A stretch of DNA of 62,730 nt, filler included, from Choristocarpus tenellus KU-1152 (lineage: Eukaryota > Protista > Phaeophyceae): the NCBI GenBank assembly GCA_964200185.2. It is 11 parts of 11 records of this genome, joined end to end, with 100 filler letters (N's around TTAATTAATTAA, not from the genome) between each part and the next. Parts side by side here need not be neighbours in the genome. Positions count along the whole stretch, not along the records: positions 21,726 to 31,407 come from CAXNAD020003475.1; positions 31,508 to 34,470 come from CAXNAD020023325.1; positions 34,571 to 45,771 come from CAXNAD020002456.1; 8 more parts are not named here. One strand, given 5' to 3'. The translations under genes and the position numbers were made by a program. This document shows, piece by piece, positions 26,799-40,174 of the stretch; positions within the stretch are counted from its first letter, which is position 1; every line of letters begins with the position of its first letter. A model generated the notes under the pieces. It worked only from the letters and a program-made list of their open reading frames with translations, was not told the origin of the DNA and did not search any database.

Positions 26799-27214
26799 TA
26801 TATTTTCAGTATTGAATTTTGTCTTTTCATCGGATTTTCCCCTACCACACCTGTAAAATGTGAAGAGGGTACAATGATAGAAACAAGATGTAAGTAGTTT
26901 GACTTTCGCATTTTAGAAGGAATGATGCAATGGGCAATGAGTGCTGATTACGGTAAAAAGAAAAACAACGAGATGGACGAAGAGTTCAGAACGGGGTGGC
27001 TAGGAGAGTATAGAAGAGGTAGGAGAGAAGTTGAAAGAAATTGGTGGTAGGTAGAAGCATGAGGTAGGAAGGGATGGATCAGAACATAGCAAAAACTTGA
27101 GGTTAGTAGTGGGACAGGACTGTTAAAACATAGCCTACTCATTTGATTTGTCTTAACACGATACAAACAATATTCATGAGCTTAAAGAGTTCATTGGGAG
27201 ACTATACGTTATTT

Positions 27215-27600
27215 GTTTTTCGTCAAACACGCACCCAATGCACATATTTTCTAAACTGTCGATCGACAGCCAAAAAATAACAATTCAACAGACCAGACGT
27301 TACATGTTTTTCGTCAAACACGCGCACAATACATATTTTTTCTAAACTCTCCATCGACGCTCTAAAAATAACAATTCAACAGACCAGATGTCAATTTTTT
27401 AATCGCCAAAAACAAACCCAATACACACATCCTTTCCTCCAAGTCCATTGACGAAATAAAAATCTAGAAGCACTTTTACCCTTCGTTGATTTTGGAAAGA
27501 AAAAGAGCAATTCGGCAGACCAGACGTTATTTTCTTGTGATCAAAAACAACCCCTATACACATAACCTTTTCTCCAGACGATTGAACTAGAGGAAATTGT
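27215..27600. repeat. Degenerate ~92-bp tandem repeat (2 clear and 1-2 diverged units)
   Basis: Recurring TTTTTCGTCAAACACGC...AAAAATAACAATTCAACAGACCAGACGTT. Confidence 0.75.
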
Positions 27601-28546
27601 AGCACGTCTATACACACTTCTACCTCAAACATGTTTTTGTGGATAGAGAGCCTACTCTGTGCGTTCGTCAATGACACCTGATTTACTTTTTATGATTCCC
27701 GTGCATTGAACGAAATAATAAAACACATGTTGCTCATCTCTTCTAAATTACATATTTCATGCGGCATCTCGCCCAGACAGCTTACTTCTCTCCACTCCCC
27801 TATCCCCCTTTTCAGGAAGTGGGAGGTTGGGAGACCAACCAATAGCAGCACTCTCCGGTCGTGGAAGAAGTCCAAGACAGATAAAATCGTTCACCTATTC
27901 TGCTACATGCTTGTCGACCAATGTGGGCAGAACGAGGGAGAAGGAGACAGGTACACTTGGAAGGACCTCGCCGCTTGGTTTTTGGATGAGGATAAGAAGT
28001 TTGTGCCATTGGCAAGGGCGCTGCAAGAGTTGATGTCCGAGGAGATACGTACATCTGTAACCAACATGCAGGTCAGGACCTTCCTCGAATCGTTGAAGAA
28101 GGATCTCAACACATAACACACTCGCCAGGTCCACAACTCAATCCTTGCGGCCATCGCTCCTGGTGTTAAAGTGCTCAACGACGGGGTGACATCCACACCC
28201 TCAGTTCCTCAGCAGTTAAGAGCACAGAATTCATCCACAATAGGGAACGCTTCAGTGCTATGTCTGTAGATAGTACTGGAGAGTCGTGTCTCACTTTCGA
28301 CACACAAGACCTACAGAACTCTGCACCACCTCTCCACCAGGCAAGTAAGGGTGTCCACCCCAATGGAATATGTTTTTTCAGCCAAGATTCGAACTCAGAA
28401 ATATCAACCCCGTGAAACAATATCTTCCACCAGGGTTCGAACACGGAATGCCGTATCCTATACACTCCTAAGAAATTTTCAACATATCACCCCAAAAAAA
28501 CATCCACCCCTTCGTCCAACATTCTCTCGTTCTTCGCGGTCGTGAT

Positions 28547-29499
28547 TGTTAGGTTGAAGAAGGACAGGGTAAGGATATTCGACGCGACAAGAGACATTTC
28601 CTAGCGACGGTTCGATGTGCAGCACCCTGAAACACACGTCCTTGGCCTAACCGTGTGGGAGAGCAACAGCATGGCCATGCCCCACGACCCGATCACTTCT
28701 CACGATTCCGCTGAGGGAATGCACTCCTTGGACCCTAACACCAATAAAAGGGTGTGCCACCCAGATGCACTGTATCAGCAACACACTCAGAGGTACTGTA
28801 TTCCAACCACCATAAAGTGAAAGCGCTTATATTCTTCCTGCCCACAATCTGCTCCTTCAACACGACAAATTATGTACACTCTCTCCTCGAAATCCAAGAA
28901 CAAACATATACACGACATAAATATTTTGTGCCCTGTATACCTTTAAACAGGGTACAGATTGGAACTGACGACGATACATACGCAAACTTCAAAGAAAGGT
29001 TGAGATAGAGGCAACAGATGGACAAATACCGTGCCTGTCTACGTCTGTGAAGTGGAGACCCTTCTACATCACCAAGGCAACTCAAAAGTGTGTAGAGAAA
29101 CAAAACCGTTTCACATTAATATTCGAACAGGCGTACAACATAGGACCGCGCCAACGCTCAACACTTTCCATGTAGTACCACCAACTCAACTGCGATACAC
29201 ATATCGATCTTTACCCCTTGCCGAGTCATAAAAAAACAATCGGGTGTTGAGAAACTTGGCGCATGTAAGGCTCGTCGCCGGAAGCTAGCAGTTGAATTAC
29301 ATGGTAAAGCATACACTGAATTATTAATTGCCCGTCGACCATCCATCATCACTGACGTGAGAATGCATGTTGACTTATTATATTCTTATGCACGTTCGTA
29401 CTTTGTATCGTACATAACTAATTTTAAAGGCACGTATAACCTATGTTATATACTTGTGTCAGCACAAGTAACGTAAGGATAACACTAGGCTATTCGACA
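28547..29499 (-). repeat. Probable 3' LTR of the copia element
   Basis: Polypurine tract AAGGGGAGGA (29500-29509, minus strand) is directly followed by TGTCG. The distal end (TAACA at 28547) is tentative. Confidence 0.5.
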
Positions 29500-31337
29500 T
29501 CCTCCCCTTGCTGAAAACAAGTATGAACTCTCAAACAATCACAACATCAACAAAAAATAAAAAAATAAAAACACACATGTTTTCTCGCATGTTCATCAAA
29601 AACTTCACGTGTTGTCTAAAACCTCGAACTGGCAAATTTTTGGTCGATACATCTGCCCTCTGGTTTGCAGTACCAACAAAAACAACACGAATCTCTCCTT
29701 TTCTAGACAAATCCCTCAAACAATGATGTCGGACATCAATGTGCTTTGTTCTAGTAGAGTGTGGCATTTCGTACTAGTTTGCATGCACCATCGTTGTCCT
29801 CAAACAAGTCAATGCAACGCCTAGGGAACTGCGGCTGAATATACTCAAAAACCTTTCTCAAGAAAAGTAATTCCTATGCCACTCTGCTAAGAGCTATGTA
29901 TTCACTCTCCGTTGAAGACAGAGCTACAACTCTTTGTACCTTTGACATCCAAGATATTGCTCCTCCTGCAAACATAATTACTCCTCCAGTCACAGATCTA
30001 CGATCATTCCAGTCTCCAGCATAACTAGCATCAGCATACGCACTCAACTCACACTCCGTATCAAAACCACCAAAGCTCAATCCAACACTGGGACAAGTAT
30101 TCAAATATGCTAAAATACATTTCACTGCACGCCAATGTGTAACTTTGGGATTGCTACTGTACTTGGCAACTTCACGAACTGCATTTGCAATGTCAAGCCA
30201 AGTCATAACAAATGCCCACATCAAACTACCAACTGCCTCTCTGTACGGTGTATTTTCATCAACATTTGGATGATTCTCACTCTTGTCTAGAGTCCTTGAG
30301 AGGTCATGGGGTACCGACCTCTTCTTTGCCCCATCCATACCAAATCTTTGACACCCTTAATGTACCTAGTCTGACTGATGGTGACAGTCTGTGCAGTTCT
30401 GCCACGTGAAATCTCACAACCCATATAATACTCAAGATCATCAAGATCTTCTATGGAAAACTGCTCTTTGATCCTAGAGCGAACTCAAATAAAAATATCT
30501 ACTTTACCAGCTACCAAAAGATCATCTACGTGGGGGGCTATCACAGCACAAACAACGCCATCTCTTACATAGCGTAATACACAGGGATCTGCTCTGCATT
30601 GCTCAAAACCACACTGTTCCAAAACGTGTACCAACAGATTATTAAACTCCCTGCTAGCCTGTTTGGTTCCATAAAGTGCCTTGATTAAACGCACAATCTT
30701 TCCAGACCATATACCACATCCATCACATAAACGAACAAAGATCTCTTTACGAATATCTGCTTGTATGAATGCTTACTTCACATCCCAATGCTTTAATTCC
30801 CAATCTTTGTCTACAGCTAATGCTAATACCATTTTCGAAGACGCAGGGGACAGTGTTGGTGCAAAGGTATCTTGGTAATCTAAACCCTCAATCTGTCGAA
30901 AACATTCTGTTACGAAACATGCCTTTTATCTAACTACCTCATCAAATTTATTAATCTTACGCTCGTGAATCCTTTTAGTGTCCATTGCCCTGCGTCCAGG
31001 GGGTAACACGACCTCCACCCAAACATTATTCAACAACAAACCAGACATCTCTTCTGCTCTAGCTCCATCCCATAGATCATATTCGGGAGATCTACGTGCT
31101 GCTCTTACAGTCTTGGGTTCTGGAGGGAGCTCATCCGCTAACACTCAAATAGAATCATCACTCGCAAACATCACAAGAGTAGTCTATATGGAAAACAGAC
31201 GCAAAATATCAAACAATGGAACTCTTACAAAATAAAACAGCAGAAAAATCAAAGAAGCTTGCACAATGGTGACCTCAGCATCCGGTCTCCACTTCCTCAA
31301 CTCTCACCACAAATCTAGACCTTTATCCATAACAATA
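29500..31337 (-). mobile_element. Decayed Ty1/copia pol (RT and RNase H)
   Basis: EPKTVRAA...EEMSGL..NNVW, ALYGTKQASREF, HVDDLLV, PYREAVGSL, YADASYAGDWNDRRSVTG, VALSSTESEY and RTKHIDVRHH appear in canonical order, with several frameshifts. Confidence 0.95.
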
Positions 31338-31407
31338 GAGCCAAAGTATCTTAGAGGGTACAGCCGCGTCCATTTGGGGGCCAAAGTCCAATGTTGCAAT
31401 TTTGATG
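31338..31407. mobile_element. MITE end abutting the copia element at a contig break
   Basis: GAGCCAAAGTATCTTAGAGGGTACAGCCGCGTCC matches the family TIR. Confidence 0.8.
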
Positions 31408-32252
31408 NNNNNNNNNNNNNNNNNNNNNNNNNNNNNNNNNNNNNNNNNNNNTTAATTAATTAANNNNNNNNNNNNNNNNNNNNNNNNNNNNNNNNNNNNN
31501 NNNNNNNGCCCCATCCATTCACACATCGGGTGTAGTGCAATATTCTGCATATCTGATTCGTCGATATAGCATGATAACTTACTTTTGTACGTCCAAGCAA
31601 GAGCCCACTGGTTCGAAGGTCACGCTGTTAACCTATTGCAGAAGACGGCAAGCAAACCAAGTTGGATGGGGGGACAAATGGAAAAGCAAACGTCAAGTTC
31701 TCACGTATGGGACGGGATATGTGCTCGATTGATCCTGAGAGGTGTTACATGAAGTGGATGCTAACGCTACTATTGATGACTTCTTCGATGCTACAACGAG
31801 AACAGGTCTGCAAAGTTATCGAAACGGAACCACCCGCGAATGCTAGGACTCATGATTTCGGGGTGCGGATGTTCTGTATGCACATTGGCAGTTGCTCTGG
31901 CCTAGACCCTCGAAGAGGTAAATGCTCTCGGTTGGTCAGGATACAGCTTCTCTCACCAGCAATTCTTTTGCTGTGCACTTCATTCGGCCCTGACATTCAC
32001 CAAGGCAGGTGACATCAGGAACTGGGCCGAAAGGGCTTGAACCGACAGAGAGACATTCAGCAAGTGTACCGGGCTGCTGCTGGAAACTTCCTTCGCTGAA
32101 CATCAGAAGAAGACCAACGAAGGTAGTGCCAACGAGCCGGAGCTCGGAGACTAGTTGACGCATGATGGTGCCAGGCATTGATATCTTCCACTTTCAATCC
32201 TTGAGCCCTTCAAAGAAGAGATTCTGGACGAGAGTGACGAGGTACAGGTTAT

Positions 32253-33110
32253 CTATTCGCAGAATCTGCAAACAGTAGTGTGCTTGTCAATTCAAACGAG
32301 GACCTGTCTCCCAAGTACAATAGGCGATCTAGGTATTGACTACTCTAGAGCAAGGAGCAAGGTACCAACCTCACAACGATGTAAATAAATTGTTCGATTG
32401 CTGTCGTAGATTTCGAACATGCAGCAAATTCTCATCAGGAGATGTACTTCTGTGTACCTGTTCTGTTTGTCGGAGTGGAACTGTGTGCGTTGAGCGAGAG
32501 GAGTTAGACGAAGGAGGTGAGGAATGTTGCTATAATTCTGTGCCGCGACAAAAAGGGTCAGGACCGACAGATCCGATCTATTGGTAGTTAAGCAGAGGAA
32601 GACAAAAAACGTTTCCTGTCTTCAGTGAATTGATTGTTGGTGCAGTCTCTTGAGCTGTGGGTTGTGTAGGGGCATACCGCATATGAATCTACGTGCAACT
32701 TACACTGCTAAGAAATGTTGACACTACGATCATCCACTGGTCAGACCATAAACCGACTTGGTCCGTAGCGTTGCAAAAAGTTCAGCAACACCTCCCAGGA
32801 AAAAATCCGCATAGAACAAAAATCTATCTGCAACAGCAGCAGCAGGACTGGATACTGTGTATGATCAGACTTGTAACGCACCAGGTCGGCTGTGGTTGAC
32901 GAGTTCTGTTCTCGTCTATCCCTTGTTTGAGGCTGCTGGGGAAGATGAGAGGACTTACCGCTTGGATTTTTTCGTACCGTTGCGGGGTGCTGCTGCAATG
33001 TATCTATATGGGATCACTGATGACTCTGAGAGTATTGAGGGTTGATGAATCCTTCAGCCAATTACCTGCCGAGATACAGCCCTGTCTCGTTCCATCTTCG
33101 AATTAATTGT
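32253..33110 (-). CDS. Putative 3' part of an unidentified spliced gene. Exons ~33110-33066, 33003-32959, 32577-32458, 32265-32253
   Basis: Phase-consistent GT-AG joins give EQLIRRWNETGLYLGRYIAAAPRNGTKKSKRSDLSVLTLFVAAQNYSNIPHLLRLTPLAQRTQFHSDKQNRFCE*. No family recognised. Confidence 0.35.
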
Positions 33111-35027
33111 TCTGGTCTGGATGGTGGTGGTGGTGGTATCACCTCGGTATTTTATTGTTCTACCACTCCGATTATTCTGTTGGTAAAAGTCCTAAACGTA
33201 AACACCAACATTCTCACACACACACACTAATCCACAAATTTGCCACTGTCATCTTGCAATTCTGAGGGGTATTACTGTACGGATTGATTAAATCCACCAT
33301 AAAAAAGAATTGTTGTACACATGTTCAGTATTATTATGACCTTGATATTTTGTACATGTATTAAAGGATATATATATATATATTATTTACACTCTTTCTT
33401 ACTAATATTGTGGTGCCAACCAACATGTGAGAATGATCGTTTTAACCGTTCAGTCATGTGTTGTGGGTGATTGGGTATTGTACAAAAGAAGAAGGGTGTT
33501 TTGATATTTAAATAGGAAGCATTCTCAGATATTACTATACTCTCGAACATCTTGCAGCATCAAGCGAAGGACCAAAATATGGGGTATGACTACAACTTTT
33601 ATGGGGAGAGTGGTCAATTTCAAAGAGACTTCAAAAAGAAAATATTGAACTACACACACGTCTATTGTGAAACACTTTCTGTTCCTTCAACAAAAACATA
33701 CTCACCCTAGCATTCGTGCGGCTAAGCCTAACCTTCCAACAGCAAAAGTAGGTAAGACAAATCCGTCCTCTGCGCACAGATCAGTTACTTGCAACTTGAA
33801 ATGTATCATCTCCAAATTTGGACCTGGCACTTGTAGATATACCATATTCGTTGAGACTACTTAAATTGATGGGATGATCTTCTTTCAGCTAAGACTGTAT
33901 GTATATTAGTATATGGTAGTATACCACTCCAACTAAGAAGTTATCAATACCATTTTTAACATTTGAGAGAGCCATCAAAGAAGGTGTACCTTTAAGGTAA
34001 CCTATCTTGAAGAATCTGATTAGCTATATGAGAAAACATCTCATAAAGAAAGGAAATATTTTTTTATTTTATGGGGTGCTGCATGCCCCACTTAGCTTTA
34101 ATCAATCACTCTGCAGACATCAAGCAATCTCGCTGGGATTATCACCCTTTACCCTCTTTGATGATTTGGGCGATACTTTAACACAATATATTGAACCTTA
34201 GGTTCTAAACCATCATTTCAACATGTCTACAACAGGAGATGCGATTGTACCTGTTCCTGTGGAGGGCTCATCTGTCCAAGAATTCTGACAGCTTATGTTG
34301 ACGGTAGCGCATCAGTCAAGAAAAGTTGGCAATCTCATGTTGCAGTCTGATAGAGTCGGTGACGGAGATCATCCCATTGTCCAGGCCACTGTACCCAGCA
34401 CACGGCCTCCAGCTGGGCGCGTATCAGTTGAAGTGGGTCCTATGGAACCCATGTTGAGGGAAAATTTCCCNNNNNNNNNNNNNNNNNNNNNNNNNNNNNN
34501 NNNNNNNNNNNNNNTTAATTAATTAANNNNNNNNNNNNNNNNNNNNNNNNNNNNNNNNNNNNNNNNNNNNTGCCAAATCACACCAAAAAAGTGAAAATCG
34601 AAAAAAGGTTGAAAAACGGACACTGACACCCCCGCCCCCAGATACTTTGACCCTTTACCATAATGTTAGACTGGGTGAGCCAGATGGTGATTGATGGGAC
34701 ATCAAGTGTCCGAGCAAGTTCTCCACGTTGCTATTCTGGATTCTCTGGACGATGACGATCAGATCAAGCACTACCTGCAACATCATGTTATTGGTGAGCG
34801 AACAAGGGGCACGATTCAGCATGCTGCCCGTTCAAGATATTTTTTCCTGCAACATGAAGCAGGGAACTGCAGGGAGCCTGGGAGCGCTCTAGCCGCAAGG
34901 ACTGTGAACTAACTCATAGAAGAGGTCACTGAAGGGTCTACCGCGGAGGTGGCCACATTACGATTAGACACCATACAGATCCTGATACAACAGGATCCCG
35001 AGCTAGGGGCGAGACCAAGGGATATGA

Positions 35028-35285
35028 GAGTTGAAGTATCTTAGAGGGTACGAGTTTTGCCTTGTTTGACCTTTTAATGCTTGGCTTCCCACGAGTTTTT
35101 TGAAGACATTTTCCTACTCCAAAATGTTTGGGCGTAGATAAAATGTGTACGTTATGAAAATGTGTGTCTGGAACAAGGATATTGCCACTTCCTAACAAAC
35201 GCGATAGCCAAAATTACATCAAAATCGCAACATTGGATTTTGATCCCAAACGGACGCGGCTCTACCCTCTAAGATACTTTGACTC
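35028..35285. mobile_element. Full-length MITE, followed by partial copies at ~35290-35362 and 35428-35557 (inverted)
   Basis: TIRs GAGTTGAAGTATCTTAGAGGGTA and TACCCTCTAAGATACTTTGACTC, with TGA on both flanks. Confidence 0.85.
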
Positions 35286-35979
35286 TGAAAAATGTTTCAA
35301 AATGTTTGGGAGTGGATAAAATGTATACGTTACGAAAAGGTGTGTCTGGAACAAGGATATTGGGAGCCGTGGGCAACAGTGCATCACTCAGGATGTCAAA
35401 GGATCAACCCTGTGGCAAGTTTCACGTGAGTCAAAGCATTTTAGTGGATAGGGCCGTGTCCGTTTGGGGTCCAAACTCCAATGTTGCAATTTTGATGTAA
35501 TTTTGGCTATCGTGTTTGTTAGCAAGTGTCAATTCCTTGTTCCGGACACACCCTTTTAAGTCGTTCCCTTTCCATATTGTCTTCCTAACAACAGTTGTCA
35601 ACTGCAGGTGTGCCTGCTTTTGTAGTATTTTAGAGGGGTACCACAAAACACCTGTCGGACGAAATTGCATTTCGATCCCAAAATGATCGCAACTTGGGCT
35701 TCTTGTGAGGGTTGGACGAACTTTATTGTGTCGAATAATAATTAGGGAGAGCAATAATACAGCAATAAGAGGGTGCTTACCAGGAGGAGATTGATACAAA
35801 CCGAACGTCGTCCTATCATTGGAGGTACTGCATAGAAAAACATGTTACTATAAATTGTCACAAAAAGAAGGACAAAGTGATGACTCCCCCTTCCTACACA
35901 TGTCAAAAAGAAGAGTAGAACAACTCTGACAATGATTCTGCACAAACGAAGGAGGACCTGAGATAAGGGGGTTGCATGA

Positions 35980-36600
35980 TGAGTAGCAGATACAGTATCA
36001 TTATTGGATTTGAAAGACAGCTGCTCACTCTCTCAATTCAATGTTTCGTTATTTTCCCTGAACAGGGATCAATGTGGACCCACTCTGATGATAATATTGA
36101 AAAAGATCTGCAGACAATGGACGCCCACCCACCCCACATAAGGTTAAAACACCTGCAGGATGTGTGTGTGTTGAGGTATTGACAGTTGATGACAGGATTA
36201 TATCAGTGGCACTATTTATTAGTGATGCCCAAGATGGGGTCATTGCTGACAAAACCAAGTACCTCAACACATCGTGAGGAGACTTTGGGGATAAGACGTA
36301 TAATGCTGATGGTAGACATGCCAACACAGGAGGAGTGGGAGATGCATGCAGCACATACCACACTCCATGCCAAGAAATAGGACAGGTTGAGACCAATGTT
36401 TGGATACCATCAAGGCATCTGTGGAAGAGATTCTCGAGGATCACACATAGTACTAGAACCTGTGCAGTCCCAAACAACCTAGACTGCTGCACAAGCAAGA
36501 CCTCAGAAATATCTCTCCCAGATGACACAAGTGTATTGACACAAGCTTGCTTGTTGTCCTGATGGGGCTACAACCAGTAGACTTCCTACTCCCTATCAAC
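35980..36600 (+). mobile_element. Possible Ty3/gypsy integrase remnant
   Basis: Broken motifs ISD..., ETLGIRRI and STYHTPCQEIGQVETN (cf. TTAYHPQxNGQVERxN). Confidence 0.4.
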
Positions 36601-38419
36601 TCCCAAGACATAGAAACAACAGGGCATCCCTATGGTGCAGTGGGCAATGAGGCTTGTTGACTTGGGAGCTACAGGCACAGATGATGATGTGGGCACAATG
36701 GCACTCTGGTCCTCCAAACAATCAAAATAGGGTATTTGAAGATCGATCTTGTCTCACTTTCCATGCTGCATGGTTTTCAGCATTGGTGGGATTGTTGAAA
36801 CACTCATTTATGAAATGGGTGGAGTTGCTTCTAGCTTTAGCACCTGTACAGGTGCAAAACCACACACCACTAGTCTTGGCTGAACCCAGCTGTGACGTGA
36901 GTGGGAGACAACAGAGTTCGGGACAACAAACGACAGAGGTGACTTGTTAACATCATTCATGACCTGTTGTTGATGGCGCTGACCATGCGTCTCCATAACC
37001 TTGACAATGGCGGGTTGGGTGGCATCCAACAGTGTCCTGGTACTTCTTGACCACCAGACAACTGCTGTGGTCAAGGTGAATGCCATTGCTCGATGATAGT
37101 TTGACTCATGGAGGCTGTACCAGATAATGCGCCTCCCCCCCATGTCAGCAATCTCCTTGACACCACCCTTGAGGTCACTCCTCAGGGAACCAATATGATT
37201 ATTGATATAGTCACGAGGTGTGACAGGTGTTTGTTGTGACCTTGGCTTCTTTTGTTTTTATGTCCTTCAACCTCTGTCTTACTCTGAGAAACCTGGTGCA
37301 CCCAAAAATCAGAGTGTTGCCGGTGACACCAATATCAATGTTTCAGAAGGATGGAAGTGGGTGGCAACGACAACCACCGGGTTGGGTTGATGGGGACAAT
37401 GGTGAGGTGGGCAGGAACGGGATCAAGATGAAGGAGAGTGAGGATGAACCAAGATGAATAGCAAGGCAATCGCAAGACAGTGTGCATACCGTCACTAGCA
37501 TGCTGTGTGTAAACAAACCCAAACAAAAATGAAACGGAAAAGATCCAGCTCAAGCATCTAGTCATTCATGATTGATTCAGGGAAATAAGAAATATTAAAG
37601 AGGATCTTGAGACAAAGACCAGGGATCCATGGAAGTACTGATTTGAGTTGGGATCAAAGAGTCCATGGAGAATCTGACAGGAACTGGGATGAATAGTCTG
37701 TCAATAATCAGCACAAACGTATCAAGTCAAGGACTGTCACCAAGGCTCTATTTGCTCACTTTTTGTCTGGAGCTTCACTACTACCTCCACCCTACCTAGT
37801 TCCTTGACCCAAGGTCAGGTGGCAGTGCAAACTGCGCGATTTCTTCTACGATACAAACGACTACCTGTTCCACTTGAGGTCCACAACGAATTGCATTGCC
37901 CGGTACATGATTTCTTCTCGCACAGTGAAATTAGCCATTCTCGTCCCACTCCTCATCGCCTTGCATCCTCCCTCGAATCTGGTGTGTACTCCCTCCTGCT
38001 GTGTATGTACTCCCTCGTCCACAAGGTATCTTCTCCATCACGATCCATATCTATCCGTGTGTCTCTCTTTGGGGATCAGTCTAAGATAGTGGGGTATAAT
38101 ATACTATTATACTGCTGTTCGAATGCCCTTCCACATCATATTTCCAAGTCAAATTCCTGGTAAGAAAATCTGACCTCTGGAACTGGGGCTCGAATCTCGG
38201 CACTCCGCTGACAGAGTGTGGGTGGGAAACCACTTATAATTTATGTGGACAATCATCATTTTCCCTTCACGATATACACTACTACTATTGGTATTAGAAG
38301 TACAACCTCCTACTATTAATATGGTGTGAGTTTTAGGGGTTCTGTAGGTATTCGAGAGTATCAATAGTGTGAGATCATCGTCTGAGGTATCTTCTGTTGT
38401 GGTAGAGGGCATCGAAAAC

Positions 38420-40174
38420 ATGGATAATTCAGGGCCTGACCACAACGAGGAGATGCATGGTGGAACCGAGGATGTTGCGGGCTACCTGGACTTATCTTGT
38501 CCGTCGTTAATTTGCTCGGCCACAAAGGACTTCAATCTGCAGCCGAATGTAAGCTTGTTGATGTCTTAGTAAAGGTGTTAGACCAAGTTGACACGAACAT
38601 GTACTCTTTCATTGTATTTTGAAAGCCCACCCGTATTGAGACTCGCTGCGATTGACACGTCAGACTCGCGATGAAGGTCAACAGTTCACCCCAAACAACT
38701 TCGTCAAAGGGAGCAAGTTCTCTCCGGATGGCACGTGCTTGCTCACGAGCAGTGAGGACACTGTTTTAAGGGTGTTTGAAGTTCCGAGCCAGGCCTTGTC
38801 CAATGTGAGGTATGGACCGTACCAGCACAGCTCTATTGTACCAGGCAGGTCTTATGCAGTGGAAGCTTGATTAGCACCACGACCAGATCTCGCCTATATA
38901 TCCTCGAATGCTTTACTCAAAGTTTGATCATCACCCCCACTCCCACACACAGCAACATGAGGTCCTTGGGACTATAAGCCCTTGTCCCTCATGTCCCTCA
39001 TCTTGACTATGTCGAAAAAATCCCTCCAGTTAAGGGGGGGCATGTTCTAAAACTACCAAGTCGATGTTGAACGCAGTCTTAGTGGAACAAGGACGATCGA
39101 TACCACGGCAAGTATTTTCCTTGCCAATGACTACTTTCGATGTTGTGGCACACCCTTCCAACTGTTGTATGGTTCAATTGATTGTTCTACTCTCACTCTG
39201 GTTTTGTCCAGTGCAAGCAAAAGTCCTTGTCCAAGGAACCGGGAGGAGGCACAACTAAAACCGCAACAATTGAGGGGGAACAAGGAGAAATGACGGAATG
39301 GACCCCGTGCCTACAGTCAGTAGAAGGAGAAACAATATACGACTTCGCCTGGTGCGTGCAAGGTGGCATTGAGGTGGATTAATCATGGCTTTATCTTAGA
39401 AAGTTCTTTAACAAGAGTATTACACGATTTTTTGACATGTTGTTGGTGTCTGCCTCTTTGGCGTGCCTTGGAAAGGTTCTAATACTGACGAAAAAGGACT
39501 AAGAGTGGAGTTGCAAGGAAAGTTCTAACTTGAGCATATTTGACTGGGGTTTGCCATTGAGTAATGTTTGTCTTTTGCCTCAACTCCCTTCCTGACAACC
39601 CAGGTATCCGTACATGACCTCAGCAAATCCAGCGACATGTGTTTTTGTGAGCACAAGCAGGGATCATCCACTACACATGTGGGATGCCTTTACAGGTGCA
39701 CTTCGAGCCACGTACAGAGCATATGACCACCTAGATGAGGTGGTTGCTGCTAGCTCAGTATGCTTCAACACTACTGGCAGCAAGATATTTGCTGGTGAGT
39801 CAACTTTCCAACCTGAGGGTTGTTTCATTTTTCTCGGTGCATTGTAAGCACAAGCTACTGCTGTAGAATATCGTGATATATTCACACTGTAAGGAAACTT
39901 GCTTGGGTTAGTACCTGGAGCCACCTTGCTGAAATACGTGTTGTTCTGCTCCAATCTTTGCTGTGTATGAAGGATACAATCGGATGATACGAGTATTTGA
40001 TGTTTCACAGCCAGGACGCTCATTTGAAGCACGACCGACATGTAAGACTCGAAAGAGTGTAGTTGGTCAGAGGGGCATAATTTCTTCATTGGCTTTCTCT
40101 CCTGACACTTCAGGAGGAGGAGTTTTTGCTGCAGGATCGTACGCCCGCTCAGTTTGTCTGTACAGTGAAAACAG
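38420..40174 (+). CDS. WRAP53: Telomerase Cajal body protein 1 (WD40), 5' part. Exons 38420-38548, 38664-38804, 39212-39351, 39604-39794, 39973-40174; remaining exons not located
   Basis: NFVKGSKFSPDGTCLLTSSED, EGETIYDFAWYPYM, STSRDHPLHMWDAFTGALRATYRAYDHLDE, RVFDVSQPGR, GQRGIISSLAFSP and AAGSY are WRAP53/TCAB1 signature motifs. Introns are phase-consistent. Confidence 0.93.

Noticed and set aside
27215-27600. Repeat-spacer-like pattern near the bacterial island, considered as CRISPR
   Set aside because: Whole ~92-bp units repeat, with no unique spacers and no cas genes. It is an ordinary tandem repeat.
27706-28116. 136-aa ORF with protein-like composition
   Set aside because: No recognisable motif or splice structure. 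Probably TE-derived, left uncalled.
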